This document shows, in pieces, positions 26,345 through 34,780 of a DNA stretch of 47,238 nucleotides (positions are counted from its first letter, which is position 1; each line of letters begins with the position of its first letter). The notes under the pieces are model-generated. The model saw only the letters and a program-made list of their open reading frames with translations, was not told where the DNA came from and made no database searches. Location of the stretch: positions 1 to 47,238 of the IMG/VR virus record IMGVR_UViG_3300029823_000002. One strand, given 5' to 3'. The position numbers were made by a program, and so were the translations under genes. The stretch comes from a virus. Its lineage: Duplodnaviria; Caudoviricetes.

Positions 26345-26617
26345 TTACTCTACAACAATCCAATCTTCGGCAAGCATGTCTGTCTGCGAAGCCAGCCACG
26401 GCACGCGGCTTTTGGGCGCATCGGGGTTGGTCGTTTGCAGTCCTGTAGTGTCGATAAAGATGTACGGGGAGGTCATCTTGCTGTGTTCGTCCGGCCGCTG
26501 CAGTTCAACAAATATGCCCTTGCCGTTCCATCCCGAACGTGCGACCTTACAACCATTCTTCAGTCTTTGTAATGCTTCGGAAAAATCGAGATATGGATTC
26601 AGTGAACTACACACCAC
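26345..26617 (-). CDS. tad2: DUF2829 / Tad2-like anti-defence sponge protein, native start codon disrupted by an IS remnant
   Basis: 'DFSEAL..LK.G.KVAR.GWNGKG.F', 'PYI.I', 'VPWLASQTDMLAEDW' signature. Confidence 0.8.
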   Translation of the reverse strand: MVCSSLNPYLDFSEALQRLKNGCKVARSGWNGKGIFVELQRPDEHSKMTSPYIFIDTTGLQTTNPDAPKSRVPWLASQTDMLAEDWIVVE

Positions 26618-26740
26618 CTACGCTACGCTTAGAGGTGGGTGCTTCCTGCTCAAGTATACTTATGTACACAGTATCAACAGGCTATCCCCGTAGTTCCTAC
26701 GGTTGTTTATATTTATTTTACGCCGCTAATCCTAATATTC
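26582..26740 (-). ncRNA. TnpB omegaRNA scaffold plus predicted guide UGAAUCCAUAUCUCGAUUUU (5' boundary approximate)
   Basis: ACCGTAGGAACTACGGGGATAGCCTG...CAGGAAGCACCCACCTCT...AGGTGG..TAGTTCAC, typical of IS605 right ends. Confidence 0.7.
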
Positions 26741-26935
26741 TTATTCCTTCATCTCTTATATTCTTAGCGGCATTGTAATCTCTGTCAATTATTGCCCCAC
26801 AGCAAGAACATACCCATTCTCTTTCTGATAATTGTAGTTCGGAATATATATGACCACATTTATTACAAGTTTTAGAAGAAGGAAACCATTTATCAATTCT
26901 AATTAATTGACCGCCTTTATCTTCTAACTTATATT
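26602..26935 (-). mobile_element. IS200/IS605-family remnant: 3' end of tnpB plus right end/omegaRNA
   Basis: AT-rich insert ending ...GTAGTTCAC, preceded by TTTAA. Removing it restores the TAATG stop/start overlap. Confidence 0.88.
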
Positions 26936-26939
26936 TTAA
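26718..26939 (-). pseudogene. tnpB: tnpB C-terminal fragment (zinc ribbon plus RuvC III)
   Basis: LKYKLEDKGGQLIRIDKWFPSSKTCNKCG...REWVCSCCGAIIDRDYNAAKNIRDEG. No start codon and no N-terminal part. Confidence 0.9.
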
Positions 26940-27250
26940 ATCGCCCTCATTTCATTATTTTCTACCGGATCATATGTCTGCTCGAATATGTCCGGTTTGC
27001 AGGGGTAGAATTCGCCTTTTACGCCTTTGATGATCCAGTCTCCCGGAGAAGCGGTCATGTCGCCCTCCAACGTTGAAATCACTAAGCGCATCACGGGCGG
27101 CGCGACCCCTGCCTGATAAGCGGTATCAATAATGTCGCGGTGAAGTTTATGCCCGACAAAAGCATCAATTTCATCGGCATTGAATCCGTTGTATTGAATC
27201 GCCGCAACTTCGACCGGCCTTTTACGATAAAGCATTGTTGGGAACCTCAT
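26936..27250 (-). CDS. Conserved phage protein ('EGDM.ASPGDWIIKG..GEFYPCKPDIF' family)
   Basis: Widely seen phage motif set, function unknown. Confidence 0.75.
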   Translation of the reverse strand: MRFPTMLYRKRPVEVAAIQYNGFNADEIDAFVGHKLHRDIIDTAYQAGVAPPVMRLVISTLEGDMTASPGDWIIKGVKGEFYPCKPDIFEQTYDPVENNEMRAI

Positions 27251-27605
27251 TCTTGATCTTGCTCTCAGGAATAAAGCTGTATTTCTCCGGCCATAATGTT
27301 ACAGCGGCCTTGTGGATCTCATCAAGGGTAAGGTAATTGTTTGCGCGGCAACGCTCAAAAAGGTCATCTTTCCTTGAGTGCAGTCTGGCGGGATTGAATA
27401 ACAATTTGTCGGAATTAAACCACGCCGGGTCTTTCTCGGCGTAAATTTCGATGTTTTGTTTCAAAAGATATTCAAACACCTTGTCGATTTTAGGGTTACA
27501 TGGTTTTGGGGCCTGTTCCTCCAGCAATATCTTCATGCAAATGTTAAGCCCTCTTTTTGCTTCTAAGATGATTTGATCAAGTTCTTTTCTCTGCCTTCTG
27601 TTCAT
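27222..27605 (-). CDS. Hypothetical protein
   Basis: AGGAGG RBS, operon context. Confidence 0.6.
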   Translation of the reverse strand: MNRRQRKELDQIILEAKRGLNICMKILLEEQAPKPCNPKIDKVFEYLLKQNIEIYAEKDPAWFNSDKLLFNPARLHSRKDDLFERCRANNYLTLDEIHKAAVTLWPEKYSFIPESKIKNEVPNNALS

Positions 27606-27607
27606 CC

Positions 27608-27943
27608 TTATTCCTCCTGCTTTTTGCTCAGAAATTTAATGTCCTCCGCAACAACTTCCCACGCTTTCCTGCGCTGCCCTTCAGTTGTTTCATAATTGCG
27701 CGTCTGTAGCCGCCCTGACACCAAAACCTTAGATCCTTTAGCCAAATATTGGCTGCACAACTCAGCAAGTTTCTTCCACGTAACACAATCAATAAAATCC
27801 GCTTCATATTCTCCTGCAGAATTCTTGAATGACCGATTAACTGCAATGCCGAATGTTGCAACTGATTCCCCGCTTGGAGTGTATCTCATTTCAACATCGC
27901 GGGTGAGGTTGCCGGTAAGGTTTACCATGTTTAGGTCTTTCAT
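27608..27943 (-). CDS. ssb: Single-stranded DNA-binding protein (no acidic tail)
   Basis: 'N.V.L.GNLTRD.E.RYTPSG..VA.F.IAVNR...ADFI.CV.W.K.AE...YL.KGS.V.V.GRLQTR.Y'. Confidence 0.95.
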   Translation of the reverse strand: MKDLNMVNLTGNLTRDVEMRYTPSGESVATFGIAVNRSFKNSAGEYEADFIDCVTWKKLAELCSQYLAKGSKVLVSGRLQTRNYETTEGQRRKAWEVVAEDIKFLSKKQEE

Positions 27944-27955
27944 TTTGTTATCTCC

Positions 27956-28174
27956 TTACATTAAGCTTTTAAGTACGCTCTGAATACCGCTTCGCCTGTC
28001 TTTGAGCAACTTCAGGCGCATTTTGGAAACCTCATATTCCGCTTTTGCCCATTGATATTCCTGATTCTTTTTTTCAAGGTCAGGGCGCAGGGTTTCCATT
28101 TCCCGATCAATGGCTAGAAGTTCTTGCTGTAACGCAACCGGATCTCTTTCGTTTCTCTGTTCATCTGTCAACAA
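27956..28174 (-). CDS. Coiled-coil hypothetical protein
   Basis: AGGAGG RBS before TTG, heptad pattern. Confidence 0.6.
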   Translation of the reverse strand: MLTDEQRNERDPVALQQELLAIDREMETLRPDLEKKNQEYQWAKAEYEVSKMRLKLLKDRRSGIQSVLKSLM

Positions 28175-28186
28175 GGTTTATTCCTC

Positions 28187-28648
28187 CTACGGCACATCGG
28201 GTCTGCGCCCGATTGCTTCTTTTACCGTTTCAATGATCTGCTCATAAGAAAAGCCGTCAAGCTCTGCTCGGCGGCGGTATAACTGTTCTTTCGTTATTTC
28301 ATTATGTTGTGCTTCATAGTGACATCCCCACGCAGCGCGAGGGCCGCATAGTTCAATCCTGTTTTCCGGTATATCGCCTTTTTTACCTGCGCTTCCTATG
28401 GTGGTAATGTGGTGTACCGATAGTTCGGTTTCTTTAAAGGTTTGTCCGCACCATTGACAATTTCTGTATGCGTTTTTGTCTTTGCGAACATGTGTTCGAT
28501 TGTTTCCTTTGGACTTGGAGCCACCATTTGGCTTGTACGCGGTTTTTTTAGGGTCGGTAAGGTGATTGGCTGTTGATTTTAATTTGCCCTTGTGGGGCTT
28601 GGGAATGGCGCAGGTGAAGTTTTTGTATTCATCGTAGTTAATGCCCAT
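28187..28648 (-). CDS. HNH endonuclease-like protein (start uncertain)
   Basis: 'CQWCG', 'VHHI', 'N.I.LC....CH...H'. Confidence 0.7.
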   Translation of the reverse strand: MGINYDEYKNFTCAIPKPHKGKLKSTANHLTDPKKTAYKPNGGSKSKGNNRTHVRKDKNAYRNCQWCGQTFKETELSVHHITTIGSAGKKGDIPENRIELCGPRAAWGCHYEAQHNEITKEQLYRRRAELDGFSYEQIIETVKEAIGRRPDVP

Positions 28649-28906
28649 GGAAATGCCACTTCCGGATTGCAAAACAACCACATCGCATCTGACTATATCC
28701 CCTGTAATGATCAATTCCGAATCCAACCCATGTGGGGAAACGCAAAACAACGTCAATTCCCTTTAGTTGATTGATTAACTTCATCTTCCATCACCACACA
28801 CCTTTTCGAGCATATTTTTACACTCTTGCAACAACAACAGTAATTGCTACATTCCTCTTCACGACACGTAACATGTTCATTGCCAGGTATATTGCATTTC
28901 AAGGGA

Positions 28907-29173
28907 TTACCTCCCTATGTCAATTTCAAGCCAGAAGCATAGAAAATAGATTCCCAGCCAGCTTATTCCTTCTGTATAGTAATCTTTTTGAATCTTAAGC
29001 AAATATATTTCCCTTGTGTCGATGCCGACTGCCCAATTCTTACCTGAGAAAAGCGTTTTTAGTTTTCCTTTGCGAAACCTTATCATTTTTTCACCTACCA
29101 CGTAATAATAAGTCCGAAGCAAAAGAAGCAAAATACAAAATCTCTCCTTGTCCACGAAACGCCAATCAGCCAT
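28907..29173 (-). CDS. Hypothetical protein (start uncertain)
   Basis: ORF in operon orientation. Confidence 0.35.
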   Translation of the reverse strand: MADWRFVDKERFCILLLLLRTYYYVVGEKMIRFRKGKLKTLFSGKNWAVGIDTREIYLLKIQKDYYTEGISWLGIYFLCFWLEIDIGR

Positions 29174-29236
29174 GTGTTAAGTCCAATGGAAATTTCATAA
29201 CGGCGTTTCTCTGTTCTCCAGCACTTATACATAGCG

Positions 29237-29566
29237 TCATCTCCTTGTTTCTAAATCAATCATTTCCGGTAGAACTTCCTCGAAGTGCATAACTGCGAAA
29301 ACATTGAAAGCACATTGAGCAAGATGATCTTCGTCCTTATGACCCGCAAGGTATTGATTGAGGTGTCTTAATGCCGAATCAAGGCAGCGACTTGCAGGGA
29401 TGCCCTTTTCCCAGTTACGGTCAGCGTATTTCTTTGCGCCTTTCTCATACACCAAGGCCAATCTTTTGAGTGCAAAAGGTGGTATAAGGTCAAACCGCCC
29501 TTTGCCATCCCTGCGGTCGCGCACCGCTCCACTCTCGAAGTTCTCTCTTTCGCCTGAGTCTTTCAT
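29237..29566 (-). CDS. dATP/dGTP diphosphohydrolase-domain (DUF5664) protein
   Basis: 'F.SGAVRD...GKGRFDLIP', 'GA.KY..RNWEKG', 'DS..RHL', 'EDHLA....N'. Confidence 0.85.
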   Translation of the reverse strand: MKDSGERENFESGAVRDRRDGKGRFDLIPPFALKRLALVYEKGAKKYADRNWEKGIPASRCLDSALRHLNQYLAGHKDEDHLAQCAFNVFAVMHFEEVLPEMIDLETRR

Positions 29567-29924
29567 GTCGTAATTCAACAGTATCGCCCTCCATTAAGTC
29601 TAATACTTCATCCCAAGTCCATTTACCGAAATTCTTATCATCAATGTAATAATCGGCTCCGATTTTACGTGAATCGTTATTGTATTCTTGAATAAGTCCA
29701 GGTGGGTTCTCGTTAAAATAATCAAATGGTACATCGTGATTGCAAAGGTAATCTATTGCGTTCTGTTTGTCCTTGCCCTCTCGACAGCTCCAGATGATAA
29801 TGATATGTCCTGCATCATGCAGTAATTGGATCGCTTCTTGCGCTTCTGGAATAAGTTCCGCTTCGTGAATGTTTGGCCATCCGTTTTTCGCTATTGTCCC
29901 ATCAAAGTCAATCGCAAATATCAT
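29490..29924 (-). CDS. HAD-superfamily hydrolase
   Basis: 'IFAIDFDGTI', 'IWSCR', 'NEN', 'RK..ADYYIDDKN'. Confidence 0.85.
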   Translation of the reverse strand: MIFAIDFDGTIAKNGWPNIHEAELIPEAQEAIQLLHDAGHIIIIWSCREGKDKQNAIDYLCNHDVPFDYFNENPPGLIQEYNNDSRKIGADYYIDDKNFGKWTWDEVLDLMEGDTVELRHERLRRKRELREWSGARPQGWQRAV

Positions 29925-30667
29925 AACAATACCTCCGCGCTTTTGTAGCGGCCATTGAGATAAATTGGTGAGGCACCCCTTGAACTCGGAGGAAATGATC
30001 CTCGCTGCGCATATCCTCCATAAGACAGCCAATGAGCGGCAGACACATGTAATTGCTCAACTTCTCGAACTATGTTGTTTTGAGGATCAGGCATAAAAAA
30101 ATTGCGCTTAAATGCGCTTTTCAGATGATCGTGTCCATGTAAGTAAATGTCGGCATAAACAATGGTGTTAACGTTATTGACTCTCCCTCGATAGCCCTCG
30201 CCATGAAAGGCATACACCGTATAGCAAACTCTTTTTCCATGCGAATCTTTGCCAAGCGGAATCTTTAGTATGCCGCCGTTTTCCATATACGGAATGTCTA
30301 ATGTCTTGCAAACAAAAGCAATGGGGCTTAACCCATCACCCTTCTTCGCTAATCTTCGTTCGTGATTGCCATCATCAGCCATCGCCATAATCCAAGGTTT
30401 TAACTCTTTACACTCTTCGATCAGCCATTCTTCGCTCTGTCCTACGGTTCGCGTCTGCTCACCTGGGTTTGTTTTACTACCCGACACAGCGTAATTCAGC
30501 CAATCGCCAATTCCAATTAAGCAGGGATGATCAATCCCTTTAATCTTCTGTTTAAACTTTTTCCACAAGGACTCATCGAAAAGCATGTCTTCACTGTGTA
30601 GATCCGAAACTCCGTATATTTCTGCTTTATCTAAGTTGCCCAAATATGGTATCTCGATCATTTCCAA
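29921..30667 (-). CDS. Calcineurin-like metallophosphoesterase
   Basis: 'SDLH', 'GD', 'GNHE', 'FHG', 'GHDH' motifs. Confidence 0.85.
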   Translation of the reverse strand: MEMIEIPYLGNLDKAEIYGVSDLHSEDMLFDESLWKKFKQKIKGIDHPCLIGIGDWLNYAVSGSKTNPGEQTRTVGQSEEWLIEECKELKPWIMAMADDGNHERRLAKKGDGLSPIAFVCKTLDIPYMENGGILKIPLGKDSHGKRVCYTVYAFHGEGYRGRVNNVNTIVYADIYLHGHDHLKSAFKRNFFMPDPQNNIVREVEQLHVSAAHWLSYGGYAQRGSFPPSSRGASPIYLNGRYKSAEVLL

Positions 30668-30674
30668 GACGCGA

Positions 30675-30827
30675 TCACCCTTTCGAGCAAACCGGATTGA
30701 CACAGCCGCGGCATTCAGCGCAGCAATGATTCGGATTCTGGCATCCTTTTGCTTTGCGTAATATTTTAAATCCTTCTCTGGTGCAAATAACTTTATCGTC
30801 TATTTCACGTTGATTGAAACAATTCAT
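30675..30827 (-). CDS. Small Cys-rich protein (50 aa)
   Basis: Own translation MNCFNQREIDDKVICTREG...CQNPNHCCAECRGCVNPVCSKG, GAGGTG RBS. Confidence 0.55.
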   Translation of the reverse strand: MNCFNQREIDDKVICTREGFKILRKAKGCQNPNHCCAECRGCVNPVCSKG

Positions 30828-31068
30828 GTTTTCACCTCATATGCTTAAAAATAATTTTATTAAGTCAAAAGAATAAAAGGCGGGGATATCTGCTCGGCTA
30901 TCGGGCGATAGTGTCATGGCAGAATTTTAGTGGGGAACCCGCCTTTATCCGCTAATCCCTCGTTGTGAGGGATTCAAGCGCAAACGAAAAGAACCGCCGA
31001 AGCGGTTCTGCATGAAAAGAACTTCTTACGCATTCTTTTCATGATACAATTATACTATATGATATATA

Positions 31069-31563
31069 CTATTTGTTATCAAGTTTACTAACATAAGTGC
31101 CGAATACCGGTATTATTTTCTCTTTTAACCATCTCGCCGCCGTCATAGCTGAGCAAGGGATCATATCACACGCATAGTTAAAATTCTTATTGCTGAAATA
31201 CCTTAACTCAACGAATTTTCGGCAATCCTCATCAAGCTCTTGCATACCTTGTTCAACTGGATCTAAATACTTTTGCTTGAATTCTGCCATTTCTATAGCT
31301 AATTGCGCTGTTGGATCTGAGGTTGAATTGGATTGAACGCACACGAGTTTTAATGGGGCGGTTGTCGATGGGTACTTCATTTTATATTCCTTGACATTGA
31401 GAGGATAATCTCTTAGAAGCTGTTCTACTTTTCTGCGAAGTGTTGTATGGAATTCAAACGCTTTTTCCGTGGCATAAAGTTTCATGACGTAAACATCTTG
31501 GGTTGGTGTTGGGCTTACCGATCCCTGGATATAGGTTTTACCGTCTATGGTGATTAACGCCAT
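31069..31563 (-). CDS. ArpU/RinA-family late transcription activator
   Basis: 'S.SDPT...AI', 'L.E..R..VELRYF' and C-terminal HTH, followed by a -10-only promoter. Confidence 0.7.
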   Translation of the reverse strand: MALITIDGKTYIQGSVSPTPTQDVYVMKLYATEKAFEFHTTLRRKVEQLLRDYPLNVKEYKMKYPSTTAPLKLVCVQSNSTSDPTAQLAIEMAEFKQKYLDPVEQGMQELDEDCRKFVELRYFSNKNFNYACDMIPCSAMTAARWLKEKIIPVFGTYVSKLDNK

Positions 31564-31574
31564 TGAATCACCCC

Positions 31575-31991
31575 TTATAGAGTGCTGTCAAGAATTATTT
31601 TTTCGTTCTTTGTTACATAAATTGAATGCCCGTAATATCCATTATGATCGTTGTAAACAGCTAACTGAAAAGTGCCTTTGCTTGTTACAAAATCTACAAA
31701 CTGAATTCCCGCGAATCGCGAAAGTTCGTTCCCTATTTCCAATGCTTTTTTGTTTAGTGCTGTGTCCGTAAGATTAACCTCAAGAAGGTTGGTGCCAACA
31801 AAGTAAGTCAAGTCATCATCACTTCCAAAATAACCATAATCCTCACAGCACTGCTGCCTACTTCCGATTAATACTTGGAATGTGTTTTCTTCCGTTTCGA
31901 CTTTGTACCCCTCGCATTCTGCGCGGTAAGGTGAAAGCTTCACGCCATATACTTCTTCAATGCCTTTAATCTTGCCCAGCAATTGAATCAC
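31575..31991 (-). CDS. Hypothetical phage protein
   Basis: 'QQCCE..GY' and 'YN.HNGYYGH' motifs. Confidence 0.65.
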   Translation of the reverse strand: MIQLLGKIKGIEEVYGVKLSPYRAECEGYKVETEENTFQVLIGSRQQCCEDYGYFGSDDDLTYFVGTNLLEVNLTDTALNKKALEIGNELSRFAGIQFVDFVTSKGTFQLAVYNDHNGYYGHSIYVTKNEKIILDSTL

Positions 31992-32146
31992 CCCAATATT
32001 ATTGCTAATTCCCTGTCGGTTTTCCGTCTGGCTGCTCGCCTTAAATCGCGTTTCCGTCTGTGATACGCCTTACAATAAGCGATGTGACATTCTCTGCAAT
32101 ACCAATGATTTTGGTTGTGTTCTTTCCCGCACTTAGAGCAAATCAT
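31988..32146 (-). CDS. Small zinc-finger protein (52 aa)
   Basis: Own translation MICSKCGKEHNQNHWYCRECH..., GGAGG RBS. Confidence 0.6.
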   Translation of the reverse strand: MICSKCGKEHNQNHWYCRECHIAYCKAYHRRKRDLRRAARRKTDRELAIILG

Positions 32147-32147
32147 T

Positions 32148-32468
32148 TTAACCCTCCATGCCGCTGATTTTATCTTTAGCTTCGATGACCTTTACCCACA
32201 ATTCATTGATTCGGTCAAAAGCGAATTGCTTTGCTTTTTCGAATTCATCCGGATAAAAATAGCGGCTCGGCGTGTCGCTTTCGCTTATCGCGGTAAAGGC
32301 AGTGTTGCCGTTTTCGTCTTTTTGTGTTTCAATCGTTACTATCCATCCGTAAGGCTTAAGGGAAACCTCTTTGACTATGTATCTTGGGAAATATCCGCAG
32401 AAGTTTTCCAGACCATAAGGTACTTTGATTACTTCATCGCCGATTGTTAGTTCCTTTATGTTGATCAT
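32148..32468 (-). CDS. Hypothetical protein
   Basis: AGGAGG RBS. Confidence 0.6.
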   Translation of the reverse strand: MINIKELTIGDEVIKVPYGLENFCGYFPRYIVKEVSLKPYGWIVTIETQKDENGNTAFTAISESDTPSRYFYPDEFEKAKQFAFDRINELWVKVIEAKDKISGMEG

Positions 32469-32478
32469 TCTAATCCTC

Positions 32479-33042
32479 CTATATCACTTTGATTAGCGGC
32501 TTTCTCAGATCACTCCATACGAGCCATCCATAAGCGGATGAATCTGTCCTTCCTCTGCCGATGAATGACGGGCGTTTGCTCAGCACATAAAGCTGTGTCA
32601 ATGGGTGCTTGTCCCAAAATGGTTTTCTTATCTTTGTTTCCAGGAATCCCAAGCGCAGCAACATAGCAATCTCAGTGAACCCGCCTGTGTTTTCGAGCGC
32701 ATGAGTGATGATTTCTTCCGCTTGGTTAAAGGGTGGGTTTGAAATGATGAGATCGTATCCGTCTGGATCGAATTTAGTAAAATCTTCGATGTAAACTGCG
32801 TTTGTCAATTTGCGAAGGTCACTCTCGAATCGGGGTTGTATCTCACAGGCTTCGACAATGACGTTCGAGCAATAATCTTGAATGGCTTTAATAATTGCTC
32901 CGTCACCAGCACAGCATTCCAACACGCCCAAAAGCGATTCGGGATTAAGAATAAATTCTTTCAAGAACGGATCAACGGCGCTTCTCGGTGTGGGATAAAA
33001 ATCATATTCTTCTCTTATAGAGCCTCTGTTTGTTGCTGACAC
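32479..33042 (-). CDS. Small DNA N6-adenine methyltransferase-like protein
   Basis: 'DFYPTP', 'LE.CAGDGAI', 'IISNPPF', 'LLRL.FLE', 'RPSF'. Confidence 0.8.
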   Translation of the reverse strand: MSATNRGSIREEYDFYPTPRSAVDPFLKEFILNPESLLGVLECCAGDGAIIKAIQDYCSNVIVEACEIQPRFESDLRKLTNAVYIEDFTKFDPDGYDLIISNPPFNQAEEIITHALENTGGFTEIAMLLRLGFLETKIRKPFWDKHPLTQLYVLSKRPSFIGRGRTDSSAYGWLVWSDLRKPLIKVI

Positions 33043-33338
33043 TCTCCCACCATCCTTATCCAATCTTCCGCCCTCATTGTGATAAGCCACTTTTGGTTGT
33101 TTTTTCTATGTGCCACTACCGGTATTTTGTCTTTACCATCTTCGATTGACTGCTTCATTGCGTCTTCGATGTTAAGTTTCTCTACTCGCTTTACTTCAAA
33201 GTGATAAGGTAATGATGATACAACATCTTCACCTTCAAGTCCGTTAAATTGTTGTCCTCGCCTTGCTTCAATGCCGTTTTCGCGGAGGAAGGCAGCAAAT
33301 TCCCTTTCGCCGCGCTTCCCCTTCTCCCGCGAATTCAT
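33015..33338 (-). CDS. Holliday junction resolvase (PD-(D/E)xK, Hjc-like)
   Basis: 'NSREKGKRGERE', 'ARRGQQ', 'DVV', 'EVKR.EKLN'. Confidence 0.8.
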   Translation of the reverse strand: MNSREKGKRGEREFAAFLRENGIEARRGQQFNGLEGEDVVSSLPYHFEVKRVEKLNIEDAMKQSIEDGKDKIPVVAHRKNNQKWLITMRAEDWIRMVGECQQQTEAL

Positions 33339-33442
33339 GTTAGCCCTCGGATAATGAAACATCCGATGAGTAATGTTAAAGTGAGTGGAAGTAAGATTAA
33401 TATAAACCCGATTATAGCTGAGAAGGTACTAAGATATAGCAT
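33335..33442 (-). CDS. Small membrane peptide (35 aa)
   Basis: AAGGAGG RBS, hydrophobic, ATGA overlap with the next gene. Confidence 0.5.
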   Translation of the reverse strand: MLYLSTFSAIIGFILILLPLTLTLLIGCFIIRGLT

Positions 33443-33456
33443 AAAAGGATACCTCC

Positions 33457-33705
33457 TTAGTCCTCTAAAACTTTGTCGATTAATTCCACCATAGCTTTCA
33501 GTACAGGCTTTGATACGGCGCGTGTGAATGGCGTTTCCGGATTACACACATCTCGTATTCTGCGAAGTGCATCCCGCGCTTCAATGGCTTTCTGAGTAAT
33601 GAACCTCACATCATCGTGAGTTACGGTATCCCAAAATCCTTCCGGGCTGTCCCACCGAACGGTTTTTTCTGCTATCTCCTTCAACCTCTCGTCTGTGTTA
33701 GCCAT
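33457..33705 (-). CDS. Hypothetical protein
   Basis: GGAGG RBS. Confidence 0.6.
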   Translation of the reverse strand: MANTDERLKEIAEKTVRWDSPEGFWDTVTHDDVRFITQKAIEARDALRRIRDVCNPETPFTRAVSKPVLKAMVELIDKVLED

Positions 33706-34780
33706 TTTGTACCTCCGGGAATTCGTTATGTTCTACGCCGTCAAGCAGGCGGCCGGCACCGTTCTTACCAATTCGATGGACTACGGTGTTCCCGAAAAGA
33801 ACGCTATCGCTTTGCTCGTAAATACCCTTTCGGTCGGGATACCATTCTCCCCACTGTTTAAAAAAGAACGGCACTCCCGCGTCTTGGCACTGGTCTCTTA
33901 GGCTCCTTGCCCAATCCGGATGCATCGGACGTGCGCAGGGGCCGCTTTCGCCGCCGCAGATAACCCAGTCAAGCATAGGCGGATCGGGAACGAATTCTTC
34001 TACCGGTACTGGAATAGGACAATATCGGCACGAGCCATCACATCTCGGATCGTGATCCATTCCTATAAGCGTTTCAATGTGCCAAGGCGAAAGCCATTCG
34101 GATAAATCCACTTCCCCAAGCATCGGCTCCACGCTCACGAACCTAACCGCCGCAGGTGTCTGCAAAAGCAGAGGTATGCGCTCATCGGCGGTCTGTTGGT
34201 TCTCGGCTGTTACACCAAGCCAGACGTTGCTTAGGGGAAAAAGCTGTTCGGGATAACCCCAAGGCTTATATGCACTGCCACTACTATTTCTCCCGTCTTT
34301 ATCCCACATATGGCACACCTGAGAATAAACGGCTTCGCTAAACAACACATCCGGGTTGTCTGTGAAAATCCATCCGTCACCCGCTTTTGCCCATCTCTGA
34401 ATCAGTTCGCTCGGTGAAGTTGAAAAATAATCTGCCATCCTTTCCGGTCTCTTGGTGAGAATTTGGAACACATGATCCGGTCTGTTTTTAAACACCGTGC
34501 AAGATACTATCACCGCAAAAACTCTGTCAATGAAATCAAACGGCACGTCCGGATGGAACAGATCACTCATGCTGTTTACAAACACTCTGCGCGGTTTACG
34601 CCAATGCAGGGGTTCTTCGAGCTTATGCTCATGACATCTGACTTCTGTGAAGGGTCTATTGCCCCAAAACCGCTTTGCATTTTGCTCGGCATAGCAGTTC
34701 CGGCAACCTTCTGACACTTTGGTGCAGCCTGTGACGGGCCCCCATGTGTAATCAGCCCATTCGATTTTTGTTCTGCTCAA
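33698..34780 (-). CDS. DUF5131 (phage Gp37/Gp68) radical-SAM-like protein
   Basis: 'IEW.D.TW.PVTGCTKVS.GC.NCYA', 'FVNSMSDLFH', 'LTKRP', 'VS.EP', 'WVICGGESG', 'FFKQWG'. Confidence 0.92.
   Translation of the reverse strand: MSRTKIEWADYTWGPVTGCTKVSEGCRNCYAEQNAKRFWGNRPFTEVRCHEHKLEEPLHWRKPRRVFVNSMSDLFHPDVPFDFIDRVFAVIVSCTVFKNRPDHVFQILTKRPERMADYFSTSPSELIQRWAKAGDGWIFTDNPDVLFSEAVYSQVCHMWDKDGRNSSGSAYKPWGYPEQLFPLSNVWLGVTAENQQTADERIPLLLQTPAAVRFVSVEPMLGEVDLSEWLSPWHIETLIGMDHDPRCDGSCRYCPIPVPVEEFVPDPPMLDWVICGGESGPCARPMHPDWARSLRDQCQDAGVPFFFKQWGEWYPDRKGIYEQSDSVLFGNTVVHRIGKNGAGRLLDGVEHNEFPEVQNG

Noticed and set aside
26602-26935. Active autonomous IS or group I IStron
   Set aside because: No tnpA, no left end, tnpB is truncated and no group I intron core is visible
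29237-29566. Z-base (2-aminoadenine) genome system suggested by DUF5664
   Set aside because: No PurZ, DatZ-like HD hydrolase or phage DNA polymerase was recognised in the genome
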